Positions 9,189-18,618 of a DNA stretch of 64,000 nt are shown piece after piece. The notes beneath the pieces were generated by a model. The model saw only the letters and a list, made by a program, of their open reading frames with translations. It did no database searches and was not told where the DNA came from. Origin of the DNA: Spirochaetaceae bacterium (GTDB taxonomy: Bacteria > Spirochaetota > Spirochaetia > DSM-2461); NCBI GenBank assembly GCA_051531975.1, contig JAOPTT010000003.1:192001-256000 (forward strand). Direction: 5' to 3'. A program made the position numbers and the translations under genes. The stretch's first letter is position 1, and each line of letters begins with the position of its first letter.

Positions 9189-10205
9189 CTAATAATTTCC
9201 TAATAATATTTCACCAATTTCATAGACTACTCGTTTCATACCAGAGAAATTCGATAAAGATATAATGGTAATATCTTTTTGTGGGAATCGGAGCATCTCT
9301 GATCGATATCCTGCGGCAGCACCATCATGGTTTATGGTCTTAAATCCAGAGAAATCATCAACGAACAACCCATAACCATAATTTATTTTATCACCATTAT
9401 TAAGGTTGCTCTTTTTCTGTAGTTCCCCGTGGAGTTTACAGTTTATTAGCGTACTATTCGATTGAAAAAAGCAATTATCCCATTTAGCTAAATCATGAAC
9501 GTTTGTCAAAAGACCTGTATCACCTACAATATTGAAAATGTAAGGAAAATTCTCATGTTTACCATCTTTAATAGTACTATAACTGAGTGCACGATTTGGT
9601 ATTATTTGTTTATGATCATTATAAAATGTAGTATTATTCATTCCTAATGGATTAAAAATTTTAGTATTCATATATTCTGGAAAAGATACTTTTGCCACAA
9701 TCTCAATTATTTGAGCTAATAAGAAATAGTTTGAATTTGAATATGTGAACTTTTCTCCAGGTTCGTCTTCTAGTTTACTTAAGACAATTAGTTTCATAAT
9801 ATCTGCATCCTGATACATATTTGATTCAGACATACTTTCAGACTCCATCAAATCCATATAATCCTGAATTCCTGAGGTATGGTTTAATAAGTTTTTTAAT
9901 TTATTTTGCCGAGTTAATTGAGGGAAATCTGGGAAATATTTATGTAGACTATCATCTAGTTCTAATAATCCATCATTTTGTAATAGTAAAATACCATAAG
10001 CTACAAATTGCTTGGAAATAGATGCGATATCAAAAATAGTATCACAAGTAATTTTTGTACCACGTTCTAAATCTGCTAATCCATAAGCATATTCGAAAAT
10101 TAAATTCCCCTTGTGGATAATACCAATCTGAGATCCAGGATGATTCTTTATATTGAACTCAGAAAATAATTCTTTTATCTTATGAGAAACTTCTAATAGT
10201 TCCAA
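9189..10205 (-). CDS. Serine hydrolase, beta-lactamase class C / D-aminopeptidase-like
   Basis: SxxK (ASISKQF), LLNHTSG, YSNSNY and HDG motifs. Confidence 0.88.
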   Translation of the reverse strand: MELLEVSHKIKELFSEFNIKNHPGSQIGIIHKGNLIFEYAYGLADLERGTKITCDTIFDIASISKQFVAYGILLLQNDGLLELDDSLHKYFPDFPQLTRQNKLKNLLNHTSGIQDYMDLMESESMSESNMYQDADIMKLIVLSKLEDEPGEKFTYSNSNYFLLAQIIEIVAKVSFPEYMNTKIFNPLGMNNTTFYNDHKQIIPNRALSYSTIKDGKHENFPYIFNIVGDTGLLTNVHDLAKWDNCFFQSNSTLINCKLHGELQKKSNLNNGDKINYGYGLFVDDFSGFKTINHDGAAAGYRSEMLRFPQKDITIISLSNFSGMKRVVYEIGEILLGNY

Positions 10206-10626
10206 TTGTAACTCCTTTAAATTTCAATTAAATAAATTTTGATATTTTTTAGAATTTACTCGTACTTTGCTTTTAGATATCACTAGTATAATATATTTCT
10301 AAATATTATTTTTATATACTACTCAAGTAGTATATATTCAAAATGCAAGAGTGATATAATTCTCCTGATAATCGTAGATTAATTTTTTATGACTAGCTTA
10401 TTATTTAATACTTATGAATTTTATTAAAATTATTAATTATACTTGAATGTGCTTCTGTTGTTTATTTTATTACTATTTCTTTTCTGGTCAGACAAATACT
10501 AATTAATTGTAATATTTGTCAATTAAACCATTAATCCTCATTGTTTTATACTAACCCCTATTTTACCCATTTATGATTATACGAAACACATAGTATAGAA
10601 AATAATCAACTGATACCCTAAAGTGG

Positions 10627-10748
10627 ATTTAACACCTGTATGAGCTGCCGGCTTGTGCCTGAAACGAAGTGGAAGGATTGGCGCATATCTTGTATTTTTC
10701 ATGCACGATATGTACCCCAAAACGGTCTGATCCATACTTGGGTTAAAT
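10627..10748 (-). repeat. attC-like imperfect palindrome (copy B, 122 bp)
   Basis: Bounded by ATTTAAC and GTTAAAT (extends to GGATTTAAC/GTTAAATCC), with inner GTATG/CATAC boxes and a TTGGCG-plus-hairpin core shared with copy A; 48 bp downstream of the C39-like gene stop. Confidence 0.7.
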
Positions 10749-10796
10749 CCCAATCATTGACGTTTAACCTCAAATTTCACAACGATTATTATCTTT

Positions 10797-11429
10797 TTAC
10801 CTTGGATTAATTAATATCCCTCTTCCTGCAAAATATTTTTCAAATAGATTGAAATCAACTTTAAAGTTCTTCTGACTAGAAACTGAATTTCCTGAGGGAT
10901 TATTTATATAAAAACATTTTTCAGATGTATCTACTCCTGTGATAACAACAAGATGTCCACCTTTTTTTCCTGAATATAATATATTAGGTTTTCTAATTAA
11001 ATAATGTACTGAAACTATAAAAATATTTCCTTTTAAAGTTTCAGTTGAGATTTCATTTATAGATAATGGAGAGACAGATAGAGATTCTAATTCAAATCTT
11101 TCTTTTAAGTATTTTGTAAAAGGAACATAAAATAACCCATCTACATCATCATACTGAATTTTATATCCTCCATACAAAGTACATTCTTTTGCTAACTCTA
11201 TTAATGGAGGTGATTTAATTTTACAATAATCTAAAATCATTTTTAAACAAGCCATACCACAAATATTTTTTGCCCAAAAATCATATTCATCTGGTGTTAT
11301 TGCCCCTGAAGATTTCCATAATGGATCATCAACTGCTTTTATATTTCCATTAATTATATCACCGACTAAGTTACTTGAAATCCATTGAGAATAATATGGG
11401 AATTCTTGATATAATTTTCTTTGTTTCAA
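10797..11429 (-). CDS. C39-like (papain-fold) cysteine peptidase
   Basis: PYYSQ, CGMACLKM, GGHLVVITG and YINNP motifs; TTG start. Confidence 0.75.
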   Translation of the reverse strand: MKQRKLYQEFPYYSQWISSNLVGDIINGNIKAVDDPLWKSSGAITPDEYDFWAKNICGMACLKMILDYCKIKSPPLIELAKECTLYGGYKIQYDDVDGLFYVPFTKYLKERFELESLSVSPLSINEISTETLKGNIFIVSVHYLIRKPNILYSGKKGGHLVVITGVDTSEKCFYINNPSGNSVSSQKNFKVDFNLFEKYFAGRGILINPR

Positions 11430-11590
11430 TTTTATTCCTTACTTTAAGATCATTTTTAAGGTACTATTTTTACCTAATAATTAAATGATTTTGAACGAGA
11501 CATCAATATTTCCTAAATCTTATAGCATATAAAAGTTTAGGTCACGTATAAAAATCTGGTATAGATTAGACTTCCGCACCTTTGATGAAC

Positions 11591-12896
11591 TGTATGATAC
11601 ATCGCGGACACTTTTCTAACAGCATCGCTTACAGTTTTAACTCATTATTATACTTCATTATATCATATACTTTGAGGTCTTTCATATCTGCATATCCTAG
11701 GAAGAATTGCCTAAAATAGATCTCATATATTCTATTTCCAAGCTCGTTAAAACCCAATTCTTTGCCAGCTAGAGCTGATGTGATAAACATCCATTCTGCC
11801 TTTCCTATTCTAATGGCACCATTATTAGTTACCCTCCTTACAGTATATTCTTTTGGATACATCCATGGTTCTATTTTTCCAGGATATTTTTTATCTGATC
11901 TAATATTAACAGCAGTCGGAGTTCTCATTCCAAGAGCTTCATGTGGTCTCAAGTCATTATATTCTCTAATAAAATGATTAAGTTTTACTTGTTGTGCCTG
12001 AAGGTTTTTACCAGGAGGTCTAGTTGCTTCACCCTTCAAATCTCGGTGCATTCTTTCGTGCCTCCCATTTTGCTGTGGACTTGCAGGATCTGAGAATACA
12101 GGTTTAATTCCTAGCTCCATAAACCAAACTCCTAATTTAGATAATCGACCTAAAGATCTTACGTGTGCAAAGGGAGATCCATTGTCTGTATGAATCTGTT
12201 CGGGTAATCCATAATGTCTAAAAACTTTGATAAATTCAGCCTTAGAGCCCTTTGTATTAGGGTTTAGCATACCTTTAGCACTAAAGACATAACGACTGTA
12301 GGAGTCTACGATAGTGAGCGGGTGACAGTATATTTTGTTACCCATTCTAAACTTACCTTTGAAATCAGCACTCCAAACCTCATTACATTTCTTGGGATCA
12401 AATATTGGTTTCTTAGGTTCTGTCCTAGTTCTAATTTTTCTAGATTTAACCAATCCATTTCTTTTTAATATAAGGCTAACTGTAGATTCTTTTGGGAGTG
12501 TGCAATTTGGAAATTCAGCTTCTAATAGAACTAATAACTTTCGTGGTCCCCAGCTTTTATGTTTCCCTCTTAATTCAATTATTTTCTTTACAAAGAGTTC
12601 TGGTGTTTTATTTGGCATATGTATTGGAGTCTTATCTTTTTCTTTTAATCCTGGGAAACCAAACTCTTTATACCTATCAATAAACTTGTATGCGGTGGAT
12701 CTACTAATATCAAACATTTTAGTTAAATTAGTGACTGTATATTTCCCAGATTTCCATAGTAAAATAAATTCTTCTTTTTGTTCCATGACTGACATCTCCT
12801 TCCAAGACACGGCTAACTCCTTTTAAGGGTATTTCCATGTCTTAAACTGTAAGCGATGTCCTTAGAAAAGTGTCCGTGATGTTGTTAGGCCGTACC
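11591..12896 (-). mobile_element. IS481-family insertion sequence (ends approximate)
   Basis: About 39-bp imperfect inverted repeats (11599-11637 and 12844-12882) flank the transposase; possible imperfect target duplication TGAAC/TGAAT. Confidence 0.8.
11629..12810 (-). CDS. IS481-family DDE transposase
   Basis: MSWKE start, HTH, WGPRKL, WSADFKG, TDNGSPF, PQQNGRHERMHR, YNDLRPHEALGM. Confidence 0.93.
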   Translation of the reverse strand: MSWKEMSVMEQKEEFILLWKSGKYTVTNLTKMFDISRSTAYKFIDRYKEFGFPGLKEKDKTPIHMPNKTPELFVKKIIELRGKHKSWGPRKLLVLLEAEFPNCTLPKESTVSLILKRNGLVKSRKIRTRTEPKKPIFDPKKCNEVWSADFKGKFRMGNKIYCHPLTIVDSYSRYVFSAKGMLNPNTKGSKAEFIKVFRHYGLPEQIHTDNGSPFAHVRSLGRLSKLGVWFMELGIKPVFSDPASPQQNGRHERMHRDLKGEATRPPGKNLQAQQVKLNHFIREYNDLRPHEALGMRTPTAVNIRSDKKYPGKIEPWMYPKEYTVRRVTNNGAIRIGKAEWMFITSALAGKELGFNELGNRIYEIYFRQFFLGYADMKDLKVYDIMKYNNELKL

Positions 12897-12903
12897 TGAA
12901 TCC

Positions 12904-13013
12904 ATATAACGTCCTGTTGAGAAGAAAGTTTGTCCCGTAGGGTTGGCGGAGTCTTTGCATTTTTTATGCATAGACTGTGACAATAACTTTGCTTTTCCAA
13001 CAGTTTGTTAAAT
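12904..13013 (-). repeat. attC-like imperfect palindrome (copy A, 110 bp)
   Basis: On the minus strand it reads ATTTAAC-N5-GTTGGAAA...TTCTCAAC-N5-GTTATAT, with paired arms CTGTTG/CAACAG, AAAGTT/AACTTT and TGTC/GACA; 28 bp downstream of the 13042 stop. Confidence 0.75.
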
Positions 13014-13041
13014 AGTGAATAAGTTAAAAGGCATAATAATT

Positions 13042-13905
13042 TTATCGTTGTTTAATAGGCACATTAATATCACCTACTAATACTAATGAATTATAATCTT
13101 CAGAATTAGGAAAATTTAATTGAATATTATAGATTCCATATTCAGGTTCATCATCTACTATAACTACTTTAATATAAGCATTAAATTCTTTATTAGGTTT
13201 TGAAATAGTTGTTATTTTTATAGGAATATAAAAATCAAATCCTTTTATTCCACTTTTGATATCAATATATACAAGAAAACTATTATCTAGGATTTCCATT
13301 TCTTTAGCTAAACTAAAATTCATGGTTGTTTTCAATTTTGTATCTTCAATATCAATATCATCTAATGCGTTTGGAGAATATAAATCGATTAAATCTTCGA
13401 AATATCTATTATCAATTATATCTTTTATTTTTTTTATTAATTCATTTTTTTCTTTATCTTTAAATTTCGATGAAATAAGTTCATTTTTTACTGAGACATT
13501 ATTTAATTCTTCTTTATTGAAAGCGAATCTACTTCCTGAAACAGTATTGTTAATTGGATCATCTATATGCATCAAAACAATACCAATCAGTGAATCATAA
13601 ATGTGAAACTGATTACTGTAATTATTATATTTTAATGCATTACTCAAATATCCATTTTTAATTGCATATTTTGCGACTTCCATAGCAAAATCTTTACTTT
13701 TTCCTTCCATTGTAGGTTTTGACTCTACAATGAGTTGAATGGTATATAAAGCATTTCCAGTAATTACAGTTTTCAAAATTTGATAATTTTGATTATTTAT
13801 CTTCCAATTTTCTTGTGGCGTTATTTGAATTTCTGAATATTCTGAAACTTGTCCATATAAACTAAATGTTAAAGTAAATAAAATAATTATTATTTTTTCT
13901 TTCAT
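13042..13905 (-). CDS. Hypothetical exported protein
   Basis: 287-aa AT-rich ORF with a signal-peptide-like N-terminus (MKEKIIIILFTLTFSLYG). Confidence 0.7.
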   Translation of the reverse strand: MKEKIIIILFTLTFSLYGQVSEYSEIQITPQENWKINNQNYQILKTVITGNALYTIQLIVESKPTMEGKSKDFAMEVAKYAIKNGYLSNALKYNNYSNQFHIYDSLIGIVLMHIDDPINNTVSGSRFAFNKEELNNVSVKNELISSKFKDKEKNELIKKIKDIIDNRYFEDLIDLYSPNALDDIDIEDTKLKTTMNFSLAKEMEILDNSFLVYIDIKSGIKGFDFYIPIKITTISKPNKEFNAYIKVVIVDDEPEYGIYNIQLNFPNSEDYNSLVLVGDINVPIKQR

Positions 13906-14342
13906 ATATTTTCCTTGTTCATAGACATTTTATAGCCTAATGAACTTACAGTATACTAATAAATTTTTATCTATTTAACATATTACATCACTTGTTTTCT
14001 CTATATTTCACATCCTAAACAGCATAGTTTATCGATATACGTATTATTTATCTAGTTATATGTACTGCTCTAATTAGTTTTACAATCTATGTTAGATTTA
14101 TATCCATTTACATCGTTTCCATATAAACAGAAATAAGGGATATACAATGAATAATGGAACGTTATTATATTAGTTATCCTTTAAATGTTTATACGAAGTA
14201 GTCCTACTAATACCAACAGTACTAGCAAGAACACTTTTCTAATCACCTAATGATAACAGAGCATTTATTTGTGTACTTTACTGTGTTCATGCCTATCCCC
14301 ACGTTGTTCCCATGTGGAATGAGTTCTTTATCAATATTAAAC

Positions 14343-15551
14343 TTAAGGCCGTCCCATACTACCGTCAGCTCTTCTTGCAAGGGTCCATTTTGTTGGCTTT
14401 ACTTCTGCTGGGTATTTATTTGCTAGTTTTTCATTGAAGTTTATTCCCCAGCCTGGTTTATTATTGGGAATAACCATATTTCCATTTATTTCAGGTATTC
14501 CTTCAAATATCTCATGTTCTAGTTCTGATCTAAAAGCCCATTCCTGGATACCGAAGTTGTTTTTATTTATATCCATGTGAACAGATGCTGTTAGTCCTAT
14601 TGGTGTTAGATCACCAGGGCCGTGCCAGGCTGTTCTTATTCCCTTATCTGCACATATATCTGCAAGTTTTAGACATGGAGTTACTCCTCCTATATCTGAT
14701 GGATGTATACGGAGGAAGTCAAATAAGCGTTCGTCTATCATGGATTTTATTGTATTGGGATGGCTGAATAGTTCTCCCATAGCTAGGGGTATAGCACTTT
14801 GTTCTCTAACTCTTCTAAACCACTCCCAGTCTTCGGGGGCAAAAAGATCTTCTAGAAAAAAGAGTCTGTAGGGTTCTAAAGCTTTTGCAAGCCAGACACC
14901 GTCTGTTGGCATTAGTCTTTCATGGACATCGTAGAGGAATTCTACTGATGGCCCAACTTTTGATCGTAGGTATTCGAACATTTCAGGAATTAGATAGAGT
15001 TTTTCCTTTTCATCGAAATAGGCTGCTTCTCCAAATAATTTTTTACCGGGGATTTTATTTTCATCGAGTAGTCCCTGATAACCTCCTAATTGGCATCGGA
15101 TATGGGTAAAGCCTCGCTCTCTGAACTCTTCTACTCTGTCTAGAAGTTCCTCTTTACATTTACCGTCTGCATGAACGTAGATAGTAGCACCAACTCTGCT
15201 TTTACCACCCCATAAATCGTAACAGGGCATGTTGGCTACTTTACCCTTAATATCCCAGAGAGCCATATCAATACCACTCATGGCGTTATTCATAACTGGC
15301 CCGTTTCTCCAGTAGGCATTAACATTAATACTGTTCCAGATATCAGTGATATTTGATGGATCCTTTCCTATAACAAATGGTTTAAGGTAGTCCTCAAGTA
15401 TAGTAATGACAGCTGTATACCGCCATGAAAAAGTAGCACAGCCGATACCAAATATTTCTGGATCATTTGTTAATATTTTTACAACAACTAAAGGAGTTCC
15501 TGCTGGAGATGTTGCCCAAACTTTCACATCTGTTATAGTTAAATTATTCAT
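14343..15551 (-). CDS. Enolase-superfamily acid-sugar dehydratase, ManD/RspA subgroup
   Basis: YWRNGP, SGIDMALWDIKGK, DVHER, FFLED, AMGE, WHGPGD, FGIQEW. Confidence 0.88.
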   Translation of the reverse strand: MNNLTITDVKVWATSPAGTPLVVVKILTNDPEIFGIGCATFSWRYTAVITILEDYLKPFVIGKDPSNITDIWNSINVNAYWRNGPVMNNAMSGIDMALWDIKGKVANMPCYDLWGGKSRVGATIYVHADGKCKEELLDRVEEFRERGFTHIRCQLGGYQGLLDENKIPGKKLFGEAAYFDEKEKLYLIPEMFEYLRSKVGPSVEFLYDVHERLMPTDGVWLAKALEPYRLFFLEDLFAPEDWEWFRRVREQSAIPLAMGELFSHPNTIKSMIDERLFDFLRIHPSDIGGVTPCLKLADICADKGIRTAWHGPGDLTPIGLTASVHMDINKNNFGIQEWAFRSELEHEIFEGIPEINGNMVIPNNKPGWGINFNEKLANKYPAEVKPTKWTLARRADGSMGRP

Positions 15552-15584
15552 TTTTATATCCTTTTATATTTTTTTATAATTTTA

Positions 15585-16361
15585 TTAGATAAATATTCCA
15601 GGAGGGGTTAATTGAGTTGTTAATCCACCGTCTGCAAATATTGTTTGACCTGTTATATAAGAAGCTGAATCAGATGCTAGAAAGGCAACACATCTACCCA
15701 TCTCTTCTGTTGTTCCCATTCTTCCAAGAGGAATTCCATCTTGAGTTTTCAACCGGTTATCCTTTGCATCCGTACTTCCTATGGCTCCCGGTGCTAGAGA
15801 ATTAACACGGATACCATAAGGGGCTAGATCGAGACTGAGACCCCTTGTAAAAGCGTCCATTGCACCTTTACTCATATCATAAGCTAACATGTTTCTATGT
15901 GGTCTTAAGGTACCTACAGATGAAATATTAACTATGTTTCCCTTTTTTACTTGGATCATTTTACTATAAACCAGATAAGATAGGTGATGGAATATCCTAA
16001 GATTTCCAACCAAACACTCGTCAAAAACTTCCTCGGTAAAGGACATAGTTTTATATCTTTTATCTACTGGTAAAATTGCATTATTAACTAGAAGGTAAGG
16101 GATGTCAAAGTTATCTTCTGCTGCCTGAAGTACTTTTTTTGCATCTGACATCTTCTGAAGATCAGCAGAAACCCAGATAGCTTCAATACCTTTATCTCTT
16201 AATTCTTTTACAAATTCCTGTCCTGTTTGTTCTGATCTTGATGTTAATACCAACTTCATACCCATTTCGCCTAAAACCTGGGAGATTCCTCTACCTAGAC
16301 CCTTCTGAGCACCTGTTATTATAGCTGTTTTACCCTTTAATTCGGGATAATTTTGTATCAT
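15585..16361 (-). CDS. SDR-family oxidoreductase
   Basis: TGAQKGLG, NNA, YDMSK, IRVNSLAPG, YITGQTIFADGG. Confidence 0.9.
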   Translation of the reverse strand: MIQNYPELKGKTAIITGAQKGLGRGISQVLGEMGMKLVLTSRSEQTGQEFVKELRDKGIEAIWVSADLQKMSDAKKVLQAAEDNFDIPYLLVNNAILPVDKRYKTMSFTEEVFDECLVGNLRIFHHLSYLVYSKMIQVKKGNIVNISSVGTLRPHRNMLAYDMSKGAMDAFTRGLSLDLAPYGIRVNSLAPGAIGSTDAKDNRLKTQDGIPLGRMGTTEEMGRCVAFLASDSASYITGQTIFADGGLTTQLTPPGIFI

Positions 16362-16362
16362 G

Positions 16363-17607
16363 TTAAACCTCTTTTTTATTACTATTTTTATCGACCCATT
16401 CCTGTAACATCTGGATGGCCTTCCCTAGAACACCTGCTGATCCTCTAAAAGTTCCTGAACCCATTGCTTTGTTATCAACAGTATACCACTCATAAAAACC
16501 ATCATTCTTTATAACCCGGTCAACCATAGGAATCAGCTCAGTATAAGCTTCTCCTATAAATCCGTTTCTGATTAGTTCCTGTATCATACGGCCACCAAAC
16601 CAGGTCCAGTCTCCACCATTTTGATAGCTATATTGTTTTGCCATCATAGGGTTTTTAAAAGAATTTTCTGGATAGGGAGGATAGATAGTCAAACCGATGG
16701 AACCTGCCCCGGATTTTATAACATTTTCTACCATTCTTCTGTTTGCAAAAATGATTTCATTTTGGCTTAATAATCCAGCCTGTATTGCAACAGCTGTACC
16801 ACCATGATAATAAATTTCATCTTCATCTAGATCCTCTGGAAAAGGTGATCCTTCAAGGTAAATATGTGGGATAAATTTTCTTCTCTTTTTATCCCATAAA
16901 AACTCGTGAACATTATTTTTTAATTTTTTGAGAATGGCTTCCCACTTCTTCCTGGATTTTTCATCGGGTTTTATAATGTCCAAATATCCATTTAAGGCAA
17001 CAATGAATAGAGCATTATTATAAATGCTAATAGCCCTATGACTTGATTCATCAAGAACTACACCCCATTCATGTTCAGGTTGCACATCACCCCAATCAGC
17101 TGTAGTCCCGCCCCATAACAGTCCATATTTCTCTGCATAACGATCTGCCATTAAGTATTCCATAGCCATCTCTATTCTGCGGGAAACGGTTTCTCCGTTA
17201 ACTATTTCAGTTAAAATACTTCGATCTCCAGTTTTTTCTATATAGAGGCAAACTGAATGTATCAAAGAACTTTCCTGATCAGTTTCAACAGTGTTTTTAT
17301 GACCTACATATTCTGTGGTTCCTGGGACATGAATGTACTCATAATCGATATTTGCCATCTCTTTTGGAGTGTATCCATCAATAATATTTCCATCTTCTCT
17401 CTGAAAAATAAAAAACAGAAGTAATGACTGCCTAATCTCTTCCTTGGCATAAACCTCACAGGATAGTTCAATAAATGTGGCCAGATCCCGGATCCAGACC
17501 TCTCCGTACCCGTCTCCAGCATTAAAACCTGTGGACAGTATTTTTTTGCTTCGATTTAAAACATCATCTAAGCGGTTATCTGATTTTATCTTTTCTACTA
17601 AATTCAT
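16363..17607 (-). CDS. Putative (alpha/alpha)6-barrel glycoside hydrolase
   Basis: YGEVWIRD, ETDQE, YQNGGDW and FYEWY motifs typical of six-hairpin glycosidases; located in the sugar operon. Confidence 0.65.
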   Translation of the reverse strand: MNLVEKIKSDNRLDDVLNRSKKILSTGFNAGDGYGEVWIRDLATFIELSCEVYAKEEIRQSLLLFFIFQREDGNIIDGYTPKEMANIDYEYIHVPGTTEYVGHKNTVETDQESSLIHSVCLYIEKTGDRSILTEIVNGETVSRRIEMAMEYLMADRYAEKYGLLWGGTTADWGDVQPEHEWGVVLDESSHRAISIYNNALFIVALNGYLDIIKPDEKSRKKWEAILKKLKNNVHEFLWDKKRRKFIPHIYLEGSPFPEDLDEDEIYYHGGTAVAIQAGLLSQNEIIFANRRMVENVIKSGAGSIGLTIYPPYPENSFKNPMMAKQYSYQNGGDWTWFGGRMIQELIRNGFIGEAYTELIPMVDRVIKNDGFYEWYTVDNKAMGSGTFRGSAGVLGKAIQMLQEWVDKNSNKKEV

Positions 17608-17628
17608 ATAGTCCCATACCTCTAATTA

Positions 17629-18582
17629 TTATTTAAGAATAGAGTTTATTATCTGTAATTCATCATTTGAAAATTCCAGGTTTTCTAAAGCTTTTACATT
17701 TTCTTCAACCTGACTTATTCTACTTGCTCCAATAAGTGCAGATGTAACTTTCCCATCTCTTAGTACCCAGGCTAAAGCCATTTGCGCTAAAGTTTGACCT
17801 CTCTCAATTGCTAAGTCTTTTAGTAGCAGAGATTTTTTTATCACTTCTTCACTAACCTGATCTTTTTTAAGAAATCCAGAATCTTTTGCCGCCCTTGAAT
17901 CTGCAGGAATACCCTTTAAATATTTATCGGTTAATAGACCCTGCTGAAGTGGCATAAATGGTATACATCCCACCCCTTCATCAACAAGTAGATCTAGTAA
18001 ATCATCTTCTACCCATCTGTCATACATGGAATAATTTGGCTGATGTATCAAACATGGTGTTCCCAGTTTTCTTAGTTCATCAATAGCCTTTTTTGCTTGA
18101 TCAGCTCTGTACATTGAAATTCCAACATACAACGCTTTCCCCTGTTTAACTATGTCATTAAGTGCTCCCATAGTTTCCTCTATAGGAGTATCAGGGTCTG
18201 GTCTGTGATGATAATAAAGATCAACATAATCCAAACCTAATCGGGATAAACTTTGATCCAGACTAGAGATAAGATGTTTCCTTGATCCCCAATCTCCAAA
18301 TGGACCATCCCAGGCCTTATGACCGGCTTTTGTTGAGATAAACAGTTCATCCCTATGGTCTTTAAGTTCGTTTTTTAATACTTTACCTAATGTATTTTCT
18401 GCTGCACCAAGGGGCGGTCCATAATTATTGGCAAGATCAAAATGGTTGATACCAAGATCAAAAGATCCTGTTAATAATTCTTTGGAATTCTGGTATGAGT
18501 TTAACTCTCCGAAGTTATGCCATAAGCCTAGGGATATTGCTGGAAGTTTGATACCACTTCGCCCACATCTGTTGTATTTCAT
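17629..18582 (-). CDS. gpr: Aldo/keto reductase, L-glyceraldehyde 3-phosphate reductase (YghZ/Gpr-like)
   Basis: SLGLWHNFG, FDLANNYGPP, STKAG, GSRKHLISSLDQSL, HRPDPDTPIEETM. Confidence 0.88.
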   Translation of the reverse strand: MKYNRCGRSGIKLPAISLGLWHNFGELNSYQNSKELLTGSFDLGINHFDLANNYGPPLGAAENTLGKVLKNELKDHRDELFISTKAGHKAWDGPFGDWGSRKHLISSLDQSLSRLGLDYVDLYYHHRPDPDTPIEETMGALNDIVKQGKALYVGISMYRADQAKKAIDELRKLGTPCLIHQPNYSMYDRWVEDDLLDLLVDEGVGCIPFMPLQQGLLTDKYLKGIPADSRAAKDSGFLKKDQVSEEVIKKSLLLKDLAIERGQTLAQMALAWVLRDGKVTSALIGASRISQVEENVKALENLEFSNDELQIINSILK

Positions 18583-18618
18583 TTAATTCTCCTGTGTAGA
18601 TTTATTTTTACTTTCATA

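Noticed and set aside
9189..10205. Calling the serine hydrolase a true beta-lactamase resistance gene
   Set aside because: No signal peptide, and HDG rather than KTG; the motifs are shared by many esterases and peptidases.
10206..10626. Possible decayed cassette ORF next to repeat B
   Set aside because: Very AT-rich with only short reading frames and no recognisable protein similarity.
14283..14325. GC-richer hairpin resembling a CRISPR repeat or REP element
   Set aside because: Single imperfect copy with no array and no cas genes; more likely a terminator for the dehydratase operon.
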